Origin: Candidatus Latescibacterota bacterium
GTDB lineage: Bacteria; Latescibacterota; UBA2968; UBA8231
Direction of reading: 5' to 3'
Length of the DNA: 64,000 bases
Assembly: GCA_964291625.2 (NCBI GenBank)
Contig: OZ220089.1
Location: 3,776,001-3,840,000 of the forward strand
Shown: positions 18,381-29,144 of the stretch, piece after piece
Layout: each line of letters begins with the position of its first letter
Numbering within the stretch: the first letter of the stretch is position 1
Program-made: the position numbers and the translations under genes
The notes under the pieces: model-generated
Databases searched by the model: none
What the model saw: only the letters and a program-made list of their open reading frames with translations
Told to the model about the DNA's origin: nothing

Positions 18381-20757
18381 TCAGAACAGCAGACTCACCC
18401 CCAGCCGCACATTGCGGGGATTTCCCGGGGTGAAGTGGATCTCCGAAGCAGGTTCCTCTTCGTCCCGCAGGCGCGATTCCGTGTCGAACTGGGCCTCGTT
18501 CCACACCGTGTCAAGCACGTTCTCAACGGCCAGGTTGAGCCGCCAGGCCCCTCGCTGAAAGGCACCGCCGAGATCGACGACAGTATAGCCCTCGGCCGTG
18601 ACGCTGCCGTCCTCGTTGGCGGGCCGGTCGCCGATATGGCGGTAGCGCAAGCTGCCTGCCAGGCCATCGGGGTGACGCCAGGTCAGGCCACCCGTAGAGT
18701 TCCTGTTGGGGGCCAGCGGAATCTTGTCGTCACCATCGGGTTCGTCCACCGCCTGACCTCGTGAGAGATTGAGGTCGGTATCAGCCCACAGCCAGGAGTA
18801 GAGTTGGAGACGGGCCTCCAGATCCAGCCCCGTCCGCCGGGTCTTGCCGCTGGCTTCGGTGGTGCCGGCATCGCCGACAAAGACGAACTCGCTCTCCAGG
18901 TCCATCCACCACAGGGCCGCCCCCAGACTCAACCGGTCGAACAAGCGGGTCCGCAGACCGGTTTCCGCCCCTACGGCCCGGGGTAGAGTCCCTTCCTCGA
19001 GGTGTCCCGGATCGATGTTCCGCTCGGCCAGCTCGGAGGCCACATCGGCCTCGGTGCGCCCATCGCGCCGCATGGCCCCGACGGATCTGCGAGGCCCGGG
19101 CGTCGATGACGTTGTTGCGGGCGTCGTTGGAGTGGAAACCAGTGCCGAAATTGGTGAAGAGGTCCAAGGCGTGGACGGGGCTGTACACCAGGGACGCCTT
19201 CGGGCTGAGTATGGAGGCCTGGGCAAAGCCCGAGGCGTGAGGCAAGTCGGTGGAGTGCCCTTCGAGACGGTCGTCGACATTGAAGGTGAAGTAATCGCCG
19301 CGCAGCCCCAGCACCAGTTGCAGGCGCGGGGTGAGAGCGATCTCCTCCTGGGCCCACAGGAACAGGTTGCGCTCCACCACATCGGCCTCGACCAGGGGTG
19401 CGAGGCGTTGGCGGTCGGGGCTTCTCCACAGACCCACGGATGCATTGTCGGCACGCAGGCCGCCCCCCATCGTGGTTTGGGCCAGGTGTGAGCCCCAGTA
19501 GTGGTGGAAGGTATAGGCGCTGTTGATTCCAGCGACTCGGCGGACATCGGTCTGCTCTATGGTGTCGCCGCGGTCGGGATCCTCGAGGAAGAAGGTGAAA
19601 TTGGAGAACAGTTTGAACTCGTAGTTGGCCAGGTAGGCCTGCAGGTCGAAGACGTCGGCGTCCTTTCCCTGGGCGTGGAAGTTGACCTGGACATCCTGGC
19701 GGCCCGTGGTGCCGCCCTCCAGATCGTCAATCGCCCCCCAGCGGTCGATGAGGCCCTGCTCGATGGCCCGCTGGGGGATCTGCCCGGAGGCGTCCCAGGC
19801 CGAACTGAAACCGCTGGTGGTCAGGGTGAAGGTGGATCGGTCGGAGAGACGAGTGTGGTACTTGCCGAAGAGATTGAGTCGCTCCAGGCCCTGAGGCTGC
19901 CTGACCGGGCCGTCGGTGCGGTAGTACTTGCCAGCGAAATAGGCGCTCTGCTCGGGACCGGCCAGCGGGATCTGGTAGAGCATGGTGTACTGGGCCGTGT
20001 TGAAACCACCCCCTTCGAGGTGGATGGCATTGTTGTCGAGACGGTCGCGGGTGTGATAGGCGATGGCCCCGGCGGTGGCCAGATTGCCGAACTCGGCGAA
20101 GTACGGCCCCTTCTTGACGTCCAGGCTCTCGACCACTTCGGGAATGAGGAAGTGCATGTCGGCGTAGCCTTGCCCATGGCCGTGGGAGACCATGTTCACG
20201 GGTACCCCATCCACCGAGATGGCCACATCGGTGCCGTGGTCGGCGTCAAAGCCGCGCAGGAAGATCTGTTCGGCCTTGCCGCCGCCGGCGTGCTGGGCAA
20301 TGATGAGGCCCGGCATCAGCTGCAGCATCTGGTGGGCCGTGCGATTGGGGCGGATGTGCAGATCGAACTGACGCACGGCCCGGGAGGAGGCCGCCGACAA
20401 GGCCCGTTCGCCGTGGATCAGCATTTCGCCCATGTGCAAGGGGCTGGGGGTCAGGGCGACGACCAGGCGAGCCTTCCCTTCAGGGGCCACCCGCACGGTA
20501 TCGGTGAAAGCAGAGTAGCCGATCTGACTGATTTCCACCTGGTAGGCCCCCGGTGGCACTATGGGCAACAGGAACTGACCGTTCATGTCCGTGGAGGCCC
20601 CCAGCAGGGTACCCACGAGACGAATAGTGGCTCCGATCAAGGGCTCGCCGGTAGCCTCGTCGGTTACCTCCCCACTGAGGCTGGCCTCCGGCTGGGCGGT
20701 GAGAGGACGGGCGACCGCCAGGGCCGCCAGAATCGACACACAGACCACCTTGCGCAT
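18381..20757 (-). CDS. TonB-dependent receptor with N-terminal carboxypeptidase-regulatory-like domain; frameshift near 19083
   Basis: Plug motif QHAGGGKAEQIFLRGFDADHGTD, SHGHGQGYAD and KGPYFAE.GN. C-terminus in the second ORF (IHFTPGNPRNVRLGVSLLF). Confidence 0.88.
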
Positions 20758-20866
20758 GTATCATCGCTCCTTGTGGGTTCAGGCCGGGTGATGTTCAGGG
20801 GCCGATCCTCGGACGACAAATGTAGGCCGGCGGCAACCCTTCGGGGCGAAGGAGACCGCCGGTCCT

Positions 20867-23086
20867 TCAGAAGAACACCTTGTGCAGCAGGCGCAGGTTG
20901 CGGCCCGGCTCGGGCAGGATCTCCTTGACGCGGTTGAGGTGGTTGCGGTAGACCGCGTCGGTGGCGTTCTCCAGGGTCAGGGTGAGGGTGTGCAGGCGCC
21001 CTCCCCAGTGCACGTGGTGCTCGCCGGAGAGGTCGAGGACCGCGTAGCCCTCGGTGGGCCCCTCGAACTCCCCGGGCCGGTCCTGGTCGGCGGCCAGGCG
21101 CAGGGCGGCCGCCGCCTTCAGGGCTTCGGACGGCTCCCAGCTGAGGGTGACCCGGCCCTGCAGGGGGGGCAGGCGCGGCAGGGGCTCGTCGTCGAGGTCG
21201 GTGAGGCGGCCCTGCACGTAGCCGAGGGTTCCGGCCGCCTTCCAGGCGCGTGCCAGGTACCAGTCGAAGGCCGCCTCGACGCCGTGCATGAGGACCGACT
21301 CCCCCACCATTCGGTAGAGGAAGAGATCCGCCCGGCGCAGGCTGCGCTCGCCCGTGTTCTTGGGGAAGATGTAGCCGTCGATGGCGTTGCGGAAGAAGGC
21401 CAGGTGGATCTGGCCGCCCTGGCGCCGGTACTCGGCGAAGACCTCCACCCCCCGGCCGCGCTCGCTGTCCAGAGATGCGTTGCCCACCTCGTAGGAATAG
21501 GCGGCCAGGTGGGGCCCCTCGGAGAACAGCTCCTCGATGCCGGGGGCCCGGAAGGTGCGCATCAGGGTCGAGCCCAGGGTCAGGCTCGGGGTGGCCCGGT
21601 AATGGCTGGACAGGCCGGCGGAGAAGCCGGCGAAGTCGCGGCTCCGGATGGGGCCCACCGTGCGGGAGACGCGCTCTTCCCGGGGCTCGACGCGGCGGGC
21701 GTCGAAGCGCAGGGCGGCGTTGGCGGACCAGGGACCGGCCTCCGTCTCCTGGTAGGTGTAGAGGGCCCCGGCGTACTCCTCGGAGGCGGGGGTGAAGTTG
21801 AGTCCGGCCGCCGCGTAGTTCCGGTACTCGTACCACACGCCGGCGGCGCCGTCGGTCACGGGCCCCATGGGCTCGAGGTGGGCCAGGGCTCCGACGTGGT
21901 GGGACAGAAGCCCGAACTCTATGCCGAGGGAACCGTCGGCCTCGAACTCCCCGTGCTGGTAGCGCGAGAAGGAGTGGTGCAGCTCCAGGCGCTGGAGCCA
22001 GTCCGGCCCGGTGAGGATCTCGCCGCGCCCTTCGAGGTGCTGGCGCTGCAGCTCGATGGAGATGCCATGAGGGTGGCCGCCCTCGGGGTCCGGGGGGATG
22101 CCGTAGTCGGAGTCGTAGAGGCTGCCGGAGACGCCCGCGTGCCCCCAGGGCCCCACCAGCCCCACGCCGACCGAGGTGTTGCCCGTGCGGATCTCGGTGT
22201 TGGGCAGCTCCCCGCGCGGGGTGCCGATGGCTTCGACGTCGCGCAGACTGCCGTCGGCCCGCACCGCCAGGGGCCCGAGAGCATGCTCCAGGGCCAGGCC
22301 GCCGGCCAGGCCCCGGTTGACGCTCTCCCCCTGCCAGGTGAAGGAACCTCTCAGGCCGGCGGGCAGCTCGGAGGGCACGTAGCCCCGGACCACGTTGACC
22401 ACCCCGGCCAGGGCATTGGAGCCGTGGAGCAGGGTCCGGGGTCCGCGCACGACCTCGATGCGCTCGGTGGTCATCGGCTCGATGGCCACCGCGTGGTCCG
22501 AGCAGGTGGCCGAGAGATCGCCGGTGCGCTCCCCGTCCTCGAGCACCAGCAGGCGGTCGCCTCCCAGGCCGCGCAGCACCGGCCGCGCCGGCGCCGGCCC
22601 CATGGAGCGATGGGCGATGCCCGGCTCGTAGTCGATGGTCTCGGCGATGGTGCGGCTCAGGTTCTGGCGCAGCTTGCTGCTGCTGAAGACCACCTCCGGT
22701 TCCTGGAGCGGGGAGAGTTGGACCCGTTCGCCCTCGATGACCACGGCTCTCACGGCGATCGTCTCGTGGCCGATCTGCAGATCGACGTGGGTCGTGTCGC
22801 TGGCGCTCACCTCGACCTCGAAGCGGGCCTCGTGGTAGCCCATGCGCAGGCTGCGCAGGACATGGACGCCGGGGGGTACGTTGGCGAAGAAGAAGTAGCC
22901 GGCGGCGTCGCTGGTCTGCGCCCGGTCGAGGCCCTCGAGGACCACGGTGGTCCAGCCCACGGCCTGGCCGCTCTCGTTGTCGACCACGTGGCCGGCCAGG
23001 GCGCCGGTCTGGCCGTGGACGGGTGCCGCGGCCAGACCCAGGAGAAGGAAGAGGAGGGCGGTACTGGGGGTGACTTTTCCGAGCAT
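20867..23086 (-). CDS. TonB-dependent receptor, ZnuD-like (probable Zn/metal uptake)
   Basis: RPVLRGLGGDR, DHAV.IEP, IEVVRGP.TLL.G, ELFSEGPHLA..YEVGN and PGRN..L...F. Confidence 0.88.
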   Translation of the reverse strand: MLGKVTPSTALLFLLLGLAAAPVHGQTGALAGHVVDNESGQAVGWTTVVLEGLDRAQTSDAAGYFFFANVPPGVHVLRSLRMGYHEARFEVEVSASDTTHVDLQIGHETIAVRAVVIEGERVQLSPLQEPEVVFSSSKLRQNLSRTIAETIDYEPGIAHRSMGPAPARPVLRGLGGDRLLVLEDGERTGDLSATCSDHAVAIEPMTTERIEVVRGPRTLLHGSNALAGVVNVVRGYVPSELPAGLRGSFTWQGESVNRGLAGGLALEHALGPLAVRADGSLRDVEAIGTPRGELPNTEIRTGNTSVGVGLVGPWGHAGVSGSLYDSDYGIPPDPEGGHPHGISIELQRQHLEGRGEILTGPDWLQRLELHHSFSRYQHGEFEADGSLGIEFGLLSHHVGALAHLEPMGPVTDGAAGVWYEYRNYAAAGLNFTPASEEYAGALYTYQETEAGPWSANAALRFDARRVEPREERVSRTVGPIRSRDFAGFSAGLSSHYRATPSLTLGSTLMRTFRAPGIEELFSEGPHLAAYSYEVGNASLDSERGRGVEVFAEYRRQGGQIHLAFFRNAIDGYIFPKNTGERSLRRADLFLYRMVGESVLMHGVEAAFDWYLARAWKAAGTLGYVQGRLTDLDDEPLPRLPPLQGRVTLSWEPSEALKAAAALRLAADQDRPGEFEGPTEGYAVLDLSGEHHVHWGGRLHTLTLTLENATDAVYRNHLNRVKEILPEPGRNLRLLHKVFF

Positions 23087-23230
23087 TCCTGTGTTCTCCG
23101 TTGAGTTGAGGAAAGGGGATACCGGCCCGCCCCGCTGGACGGTCTGATCCCCGAGGTACGGCAGGAGAACGCATCCGCACCCGGCCGGCGCACGGCCGGA
23201 GAGGGACTTCAGTCGATCAGGTGCGGATGC

Positions 23231-23542
23231 TCAGGAAGGGGGTGGCGCGCGGCTGCGCCGGGTGGTCAGGCGGACGGTGCAGGGCTGGACGGCCCTGGGA
23301 CGCGGGAGCGGGGGGTCGCGGTGGGCCGGCGTCAGGAGCACCAGGCCGGGCACGACCAGGACGGCGAGGGAGAGGGCGGAGACGACGGCCGATATGGGGC
23401 AATCCTCGGCCTCCAGTGGCCCGCAGTCGTCCAGGTGGTGCAGCAGGGGCAGCAACAGGGACAGGGCGAGCACGAGGGCGGCGAAGGCCATGATGCCGCC
23501 GCTCCAGCCGTACCGGCGGTACTCGAGAAGTCTCCCTGCCAT
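23231..23542 (-). CDS. DUF2946-like small membrane protein / RAPP-type regulatory uORF
   Basis: 103 aa: TM helix, HH..DC.....DCP, second hydrophobic stretch, Pro-rich linker and C-terminal RAPPPS*. Directly upstream of the TonB receptors. Confidence 0.7.
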   Translation of the reverse strand: MAGRLLEYRRYGWSGGIMAFAALVLALSLLLPLLHHLDDCGPLEAEDCPISAVVSALSLAVLVVPGLVLLTPAHRDPPLPRPRAVQPCTVRLTTRRSRAPPPS

Positions 23543-23552
23543 CGTCGATCCG

Positions 23553-23569
23553 TTGCGCATCGACATCAA
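23553..23569. promoter_or_regulatory. Possible Fur/Zur-family box
   Basis: Imperfect palindrome TTGCGCATCGACATCAA just upstream of the metal-uptake operon; weak match. Confidence 0.3.
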
Positions 23570-23691
23570 TCTAGGCATACAGGTCCAGGAGCGCCCACGA
23601 GCCGGCCGCCCGCGGGACCCGCCGGCCGGCCGGCCCGGCATCCGGCCTGGGCGGCACGATGCGCTCGCGGGCCGGTCCGGGGCGCTGTCCG

Positions 23692-25779
23692 TCATCGATC
23701 GGGGGCGAGCGCCCCCCAGAGAAACCGGAACGCCAGCGTCCACATGTAGGCCCGCTGGGCGTTGTCCGCCGCCCCCGCGTGTCCGCCTTCCACGTTCTCG
23801 TAGTAGAGGACGCCGTGGCCCATCTCCCGCATCCTGGCAACCATCTTGCGGGCATGTCCCGGGTGGACGCGGTCGTCCCGGGTGGAGGTCGTGACGAGGA
23901 GCCTGGGGTAGTCCACCTCCCTGGAGAGGTTGTGGTAGGGCGAGAAGCCCTCGATGAAGGCCCACTCGTCGGGATCGTCGGGGTCGCCGTACTCCGCCAT
24001 CCAGCTGGCCCCGGCCAGCAGTTCGTGGTAGCGGCGCATGTCGAACAACGGTACCTGCGCGACGATGGCGCCGAACAGGTCGGGGCGCATGGTGAGCATG
24101 TTGCCCACCAGGAGCCCGCCGTTGCTGCCGCCCATGGCTCCGAGTTGCTCCGGCGTGGTGACGCCTCGGCGAACCAGGTCCTCGGCAACCGCGATGAAGT
24201 CCTCACAGGCCCGCGGACGGTCCGCCTTGAGGGCGGCCTGGTGCCACTCGGGTCCGAACTCGCCGCCGCCCCGGATGTTCGCCACCACGTAGACCCCGCC
24301 CTCCTCCAGCCACGCTGCGCCGATCCCTGCCGAATACCCGGGAAGCAGGGGAATCCGGAAACCGCCGTAGCCGTAGAGCAGTGTCGGCCGCGGTTCGTTG
24401 GTGCCGTCTCGGGAGACCTGGAAATAGGGAATCCGGGTCCCGTCGGCGGACGCGGTCCAATGCTGCGCCACGGACAGGCCGTCGGCGTCGAACTTGCCCG
24501 GTGCGCGCTTCAGCACGACGGGGTCCTCACCCACCGACGCGAGGGACAGGATGGACGGGGTCAGGTAGTCGGTGGTCTTGAGGAAGAATCGGTCGTCCCC
24601 GTCGGGGTCCACGGCGTCGGCGTCGAGGGTCTGGAAGCCGGCGGGATCGATGCCCTGAAGGGGGGTGGTGGTCCAGCCTTCGGGACCGGGTGTGGCGACT
24701 TCGATGCGGTTGCGGACGTTGTCCAGGATGTTGATCAGAACGTGGTTGCGGGTCAGGGAGTAGCCGGCGAGGGCGGTGCCTTCACCCGGTTCGAAGAGGA
24801 CCGAGAAGCCCCGTTCGCCGGCGAGGAAGCGATCCAGCTCGAGGGCGATCAGGCTCCCCGTGGCAAAGGTGGACCCTTCGGTAGCCCAGTCGCTGCGCGT
24901 CGTCACGTAGAGCCAGCCGCGGTGCACCGCGTAGCCCGCGTCGGAAGGGATCTCGAGCGGTACGAGCTCCTCGCCGCGGCGAATGAAGTGGTCGCTGTTG
25001 TAGAAGTCGCGCCCCCGGTACACGAACTGCATCTCGAAACCCGGGGACAGCTCGGCGTAGGCGCCCACCGATACATCCGCCGATTCCCCTTCGAAGACGG
25101 TGGCGGCCTCCTCGAGGGCCTGACCGCGCCGCCACAGTTTGACGATCCGGGGATAGCCGGAGTCGGTCATGGTGCCGGGGCCGAAATCGGTGGCGACGAA
25201 GATCTCGTCGGGGCCGGCCCAGGCGACGGTGCCCTTGGACTCGGGCAGCGAGAAGCCGTCTTCCACGAACGCCCTGGCCACGAGGTCGAACTCCCGGACC
25301 ACGACGGCGTCGGCGCCGCCCCGGGACAGACGCAGCAGGCAGCGGTCGTAGGTCGGAACCAGGATGGAAACACCCCCGTAGACCCAGTTCTCGCCCTCGT
25401 CGCGTCCCAGGGCGTCGATGTCGAGGACGACCTCCCAGTCGGGGCTCGGCTTCCTGTACTCCTCGAGCGTCGTGCGCCGCCACAGGCCGCGGGGGTTGGC
25501 CTCATCCTGCCAGAAGTTGTAGCACCAGTCGCCGGCCTTGTACACGTAGGGGATGCGATCGTCGGCATCGAAGATCCCCAGGAGACGCCGCTGCAGCGGA
25601 TCGAAGGCCGGGTCTTCGGCAAAGGCGTCCCGGACCTCATCGTTCCATTCCCCGACCCACGCCAGCGCCTCGTCGCCGCCGACATCTTCCAGCCAGAGGT
25701 AGGGATCCTCTTCAGTCGACCAGCCCGGCAGCGCCACGGCCACTCCCATGCTCGCCAGTAGTCTCAACATGCTCTGCAT
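23692..25779 (-). CDS. Prolyl oligopeptidase (S9A)
   Basis: DPYLWLED, LLYGYGGF, ANIRGGGEFG, GGSNGGLL, DDRVHPGH and GGHAG. Confidence 0.95.
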   Translation of the reverse strand: MQSMLRLLASMGVAVALPGWSTEEDPYLWLEDVGGDEALAWVGEWNDEVRDAFAEDPAFDPLQRRLLGIFDADDRIPYVYKAGDWCYNFWQDEANPRGLWRRTTLEEYRKPSPDWEVVLDIDALGRDEGENWVYGGVSILVPTYDRCLLRLSRGGADAVVVREFDLVARAFVEDGFSLPESKGTVAWAGPDEIFVATDFGPGTMTDSGYPRIVKLWRRGQALEEAATVFEGESADVSVGAYAELSPGFEMQFVYRGRDFYNSDHFIRRGEELVPLEIPSDAGYAVHRGWLYVTTRSDWATEGSTFATGSLIALELDRFLAGERGFSVLFEPGEGTALAGYSLTRNHVLINILDNVRNRIEVATPGPEGWTTTPLQGIDPAGFQTLDADAVDPDGDDRFFLKTTDYLTPSILSLASVGEDPVVLKRAPGKFDADGLSVAQHWTASADGTRIPYFQVSRDGTNEPRPTLLYGYGGFRIPLLPGYSAGIGAAWLEEGGVYVVANIRGGGEFGPEWHQAALKADRPRACEDFIAVAEDLVRRGVTTPEQLGAMGGSNGGLLVGNMLTMRPDLFGAIVAQVPLFDMRRYHELLAGASWMAEYGDPDDPDEWAFIEGFSPYHNLSREVDYPRLLVTTSTRDDRVHPGHARKMVARMREMGHGVLYYENVEGGHAGAADNAQRAYMWTLAFRFLWGALAPDR

Positions 25780-25805
25780 CTGAGATCCCCGTCGCAGGGT
25801 CCAGG

Positions 25806-26696
25806 CTATACACACCCAGGGTACTCCCGTCCCCGGATCAGGGGCCAACCGTTGACAGGCTCCGGTCCGACAAGGCAACCGCGCTGTTTCAGGCTCTCGG
25901 TCTCTTCGGGTGTGCCGATGTAACGCGTGTCCGAGGAGACGTAGTGAATCGACCAGCCTCGCCGCCGGTAGGGTGTTGTATTCGGGCCGCTGCAATGGAG
26001 CGCCAGGCTATGGTGGAAGGTCGCATCTCCCGCCTTCAGTGGCACAGCGACCTCCTGGGCGAGCACATCCTCTGTCAGCATGTAGGGGAGGTGATCCCAG
26101 TTGACGAGGCCGAAGTTGTGGCTGCCCGGGATGAAGCGCACGCAACCGTTCTCGGCCGTCGCATCGTCGAGCAGAATCTGGCATGTGACCTGGAAGTTGC
26201 TCGCGAAGAAAGCCCAGAACACGGAATCCTGATGATAGCGATTCGCTGGCGCGTACGGCGGCTTCGCAAAGACCTGGTCGTAGTAGAGCTTGATATCGGG
26301 CCCCATGAGGGACTCGATGATGTCGACGATTCCGGGACTCCGGACAACCGCCTCAAAAGCTGAATCGTAGTACGAAGGCAGGTTGAGATGGCGTATCGTA
26401 TCCAAGGGGTCCTCAACCGGTGTGCGTCTCTCGTCGCCGGTCACTTCCCCCCTTGGATAGACCTGGGTGCCCCGTCGGTCATGTCGACTCCCGTGAGGTG
26501 TAGGCGGCTCGGCCGCTTGAGCGGCTCCGGGAGTGTGGTGAGAGATGTTGCCTTCCGGATAGTCGGGGACGCGGCCGAGGGCGAGGTCGGCGTAGTGGTT
26601 GTGCAGCGTCTCGAGTTCATGCGGGGTGAGAAGCTCCTTGACGGCGATGTAGCCGTCCTCGAAGAAGCGGGTCTTCTGTTCCTGAGTCAGGGCCAT
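25806..26696 (-). CDS. Phytanoyl-CoA dioxygenase (PhyH) family Fe/2OG enzyme
   Basis: FFEDGY, HQD, ENGC.RFIPGSH and LKAGDATFHH..LHCSGPN. Confidence 0.9.
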   Translation of the reverse strand: MALTQEQKTRFFEDGYIAVKELLTPHELETLHNHYADLALGRVPDYPEGNISHHTPGAAQAAEPPTPHGSRHDRRGTQVYPRGEVTGDERRTPVEDPLDTIRHLNLPSYYDSAFEAVVRSPGIVDIIESLMGPDIKLYYDQVFAKPPYAPANRYHQDSVFWAFFASNFQVTCQILLDDATAENGCVRFIPGSHNFGLVNWDHLPYMLTEDVLAQEVAVPLKAGDATFHHSLALHCSGPNTTPYRRRGWSIHYVSSDTRYIGTPEETESLKQRGCLVGPEPVNGWPLIRGREYPGCV

Positions 26697-26814
26697 GGAT
26701 ACCTCCGAATCACCTGGGGCTCGGCAACCGGCTTGGCTGGTCCCATCCGACCACGTGTCGATGCGGATACCGTCGTCGAACCAGTCGTCAGCCCAACCAT
26801 CCCGCCGAGGGGGA

Positions 26815-27405
26815 TCAGGTCCAGTTCACGAAGACAAGGTTTTCCAGGTCGTCGACGACGATTTCGACGGTGGAGGAGTCCACAGGTTCGAATCCTTCAA
26901 AGTCGTAGTCGGGAATCTCCACCCCCCTCCCTGCGCTGTATCCCGGTTCGAACTCCTCGGCCCATGGGATGCCGTTGACATTATCCCCGGTGGAGAAGAT
27001 CACGCAGTGCCGGGTCGCCCCTCCGAGGATGTCCCCGTAGTCGTAGTCTTCGGGAAGGATTCCCGGCTCTTCCATCCCGGTCGCCGAGGGTTTGACAATC
27101 AGGAGTACGGCGACCCCCAAGTCACCGTTCAGCGCCTCGGGGGGCGGGTCTTCGGAGAGGACCAGCTCGAAGGTCAGGTCCTCGGTGTTGACGGTTCCTT
27201 CACCGAAGAAATAGTTGTAGTCCTCGCCCGTAACCACGCCCCACCAGGCCACGACTCTCGCCCCGGTCAGATCGGCTCCGGTTTCATTCCGGACAATTCC
27301 CGAGACCACGAACCCTTCCGGGGTTCTGCTTTTGACCGGGCTGCTGTCGTCCGAGCAGGAAACCAGCAACACTCCGGCAAAGAGGCCCCACAGTCCTCTA
27401 TTCAT
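26815..27405 (-). CDS. Hypothetical lipoprotein
   Basis: MNRGLWGLFAGVLLVSC lipobox-like signal, SD AGGAGG and acidic mature domain. Confidence 0.7.
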   Translation of the reverse strand: MNRGLWGLFAGVLLVSCSDDSSPVKSRTPEGFVVSGIVRNETGADLTGARVVAWWGVVTGEDYNYFFGEGTVNTEDLTFELVLSEDPPPEALNGDLGVAVLLIVKPSATGMEEPGILPEDYDYGDILGGATRHCVIFSTGDNVNGIPWAEEFEPGYSAGRGVEIPDYDFEGFEPVDSSTVEIVVDDLENLVFVNWT

Positions 27406-27512
27406 GGTGGTCCTCCTTTCTGGGAAGGCGTGGGCGATATCCGGCAGGCGGGCGGCCTTCGCCCGCATCCAGCCGCCTCTGGCTTCAGGCGCGGGCATTG
27501 GGCGCCAGGCGT

Positions 27513-29144
27513 TCACACTCTGTTCGAGGGCCATGCAAAAGGGCGTCGGCCGTCGTGGCCGTACGTGAAGAGCGCTGTCCGCCTCGGTGACTCGGCCTCC
27601 CAGCGGTACGCCCCGTGACAGACCGTCCCCCCCAGGAAGAAGAGAACAGACCCGCGCGGCATTGGGATGTGGCGGATCGGGGCGCGCTCGTTGCAGGTCC
27701 GCACCGAATGCGGCAGGGGGTAGCACGACTTGTGACTGCCCGGCACCACCACAAAGCCGCCATCGCCGGGACCGACGTCGCTGAACTGCCAGGCGACGTT
27801 GATGCCCGACCTCGTGTGCACGCGCCCGTTGGCCATCTCGTAGTGCTTGCCGATGCAGGTCGGGTTGGCGTTCCCCGAGTGCAGCATCTGCCCGCTCGAA
27901 CCTTTGACGTGGCACAGGGCCGTGCTCTGAGTCACCTTGTACCCTGGTCCGATCATCCAGTTCAGGCGGTGGATGACGGCCGGATGCGCCAGCATCTTGA
28001 GGAAAGGCGCGTCGTGCGGCGCCGGCAGTTGAAACAAGCCCTTCAGGTCCGGCCGGCCCGTGCCCGAGATCGTCGGCGCCCCGGGGATGTCGGCAAGCGT
28101 CACGTCCCCGCCCTTGTCGCCTGCGCCCCGGTACACCAGGCGGTCGAGGTTGGCGTCGATGCCCGCCAGGGCCGCATCGACCCAATCGTCGTCCATGACG
28201 CCCTCGACAACCAGGAAGCCCTGGGTGTCGAACGCCCAGCGCTCGGCATGGTCGTCTCGGCACTCGAACTCGAGGGCCGAGGAGGCCCTCTGCGCCGCGT
28301 CGCCATCGTCGGCGGAGGTGAGCCAGGTGGTGGCGCCGTCCGACAGGAGCAGGCGCCGCGAGTCGCCGCCCGTGAGCACGGTCTGCTCGGCCTCGCCCAG
28401 TTCTTCCGCCCATTCGGGCAGGGGCTGCTCGTCCTGCTGGTCAGATGGGCCCTGCGGCCGGGCCGCGCGCGAGATGAAATCCATCACGAGCAGCTCGCCG
28501 CCATCTCCCTGCGGGCAGACCCCGTGGAGCGTGCTGGCGGCGCACAGCAGCACGTCCCCCGCCGCCAGCGCCGGGCGCTCGGCGAAGCGGCTCGAGGATG
28601 GAAGCGGTGGGGCCGGCAGCCCGCTCTTGTGGGAGGAGGGCACGACCACCAGCGGGCACTCGCCTTCTGCGGAGTCCGTGAGGGCGATGGCCACCACAAG
28701 CCCCTGGCACTGCCGGATGCGGACCTCTTCCCAGGCGCCCCCGGCCCGTGAGAGCTGAGAACCGTCGGCGTTGCGGCCGTTCCACCCCGTCAGGTTGACG
28801 TACGCCCGGTCCAGCGTGTGAGCCCCGCCTGTCAGCGGCAGCGAGGCTTCGTCGTACCCTCCCGCGGCGGCGGCAGGGACGTGCCTCGCAGGGCCGTCCT
28901 GGCGAAAGCCGTCGCCGCACAGCTCGCGCACGTAGCGTCCGACGGGGCCGGCCTCGCTGCACAGATCGCCCGGCCCATCGCCGCTGTCGCGGCACGCGGC
29001 CAGCTCGGCCTGGCCGAGGAGCTGCGGCAGCACGAGGAACCCGAGGGCGTCGAAGGTGAAGTTCTGCTCTATGGTGAGGATCGACGGTTCGTGCGCGTGC
29101 GTCGCCTCGTTCCAGTGGTTCACGGTGTAGGTGTCGATGCCCAT
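27513..29144 (-). CDS. Tandem PhyH-family domain protein
   Basis: Two repeats of FD..GFLV ... V(V)P.SHKS ... HG. The second domain has LHSG in place of HxD. Confidence 0.8.
   Translation of the reverse strand: MGIDTYTVNHWNEATHAHEPSILTIEQNFTFDALGFLVLPQLLGQAELAACRDSGDGPGDLCSEAGPVGRYVRELCGDGFRQDGPARHVPAAAAGGYDEASLPLTGGAHTLDRAYVNLTGWNGRNADGSQLSRAGGAWEEVRIRQCQGLVVAIALTDSAEGECPLVVVPSSHKSGLPAPPLPSSSRFAERPALAAGDVLLCAASTLHGVCPQGDGGELLVMDFISRAARPQGPSDQQDEQPLPEWAEELGEAEQTVLTGGDSRRLLLSDGATTWLTSADDGDAAQRASSALEFECRDDHAERWAFDTQGFLVVEGVMDDDWVDAALAGIDANLDRLVYRGAGDKGGDVTLADIPGAPTISGTGRPDLKGLFQLPAPHDAPFLKMLAHPAVIHRLNWMIGPGYKVTQSTALCHVKGSSGQMLHSGNANPTCIGKHYEMANGRVHTRSGINVAWQFSDVGPGDGGFVVVPGSHKSCYPLPHSVRTCNERAPIRHIPMPRGSVLFFLGGTVCHGAYRWEAESPRRTALFTYGHDGRRPFAWPSNRV

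Noticed and set aside
20827-20862. Hairpin between the two TonB receptor genes as a riboswitch or terminator
   Set aside because: Only a 7-bp GC stem, with no U-tract and no recognisable aptamer motifs; at most an mRNA-stabilising hairpin.
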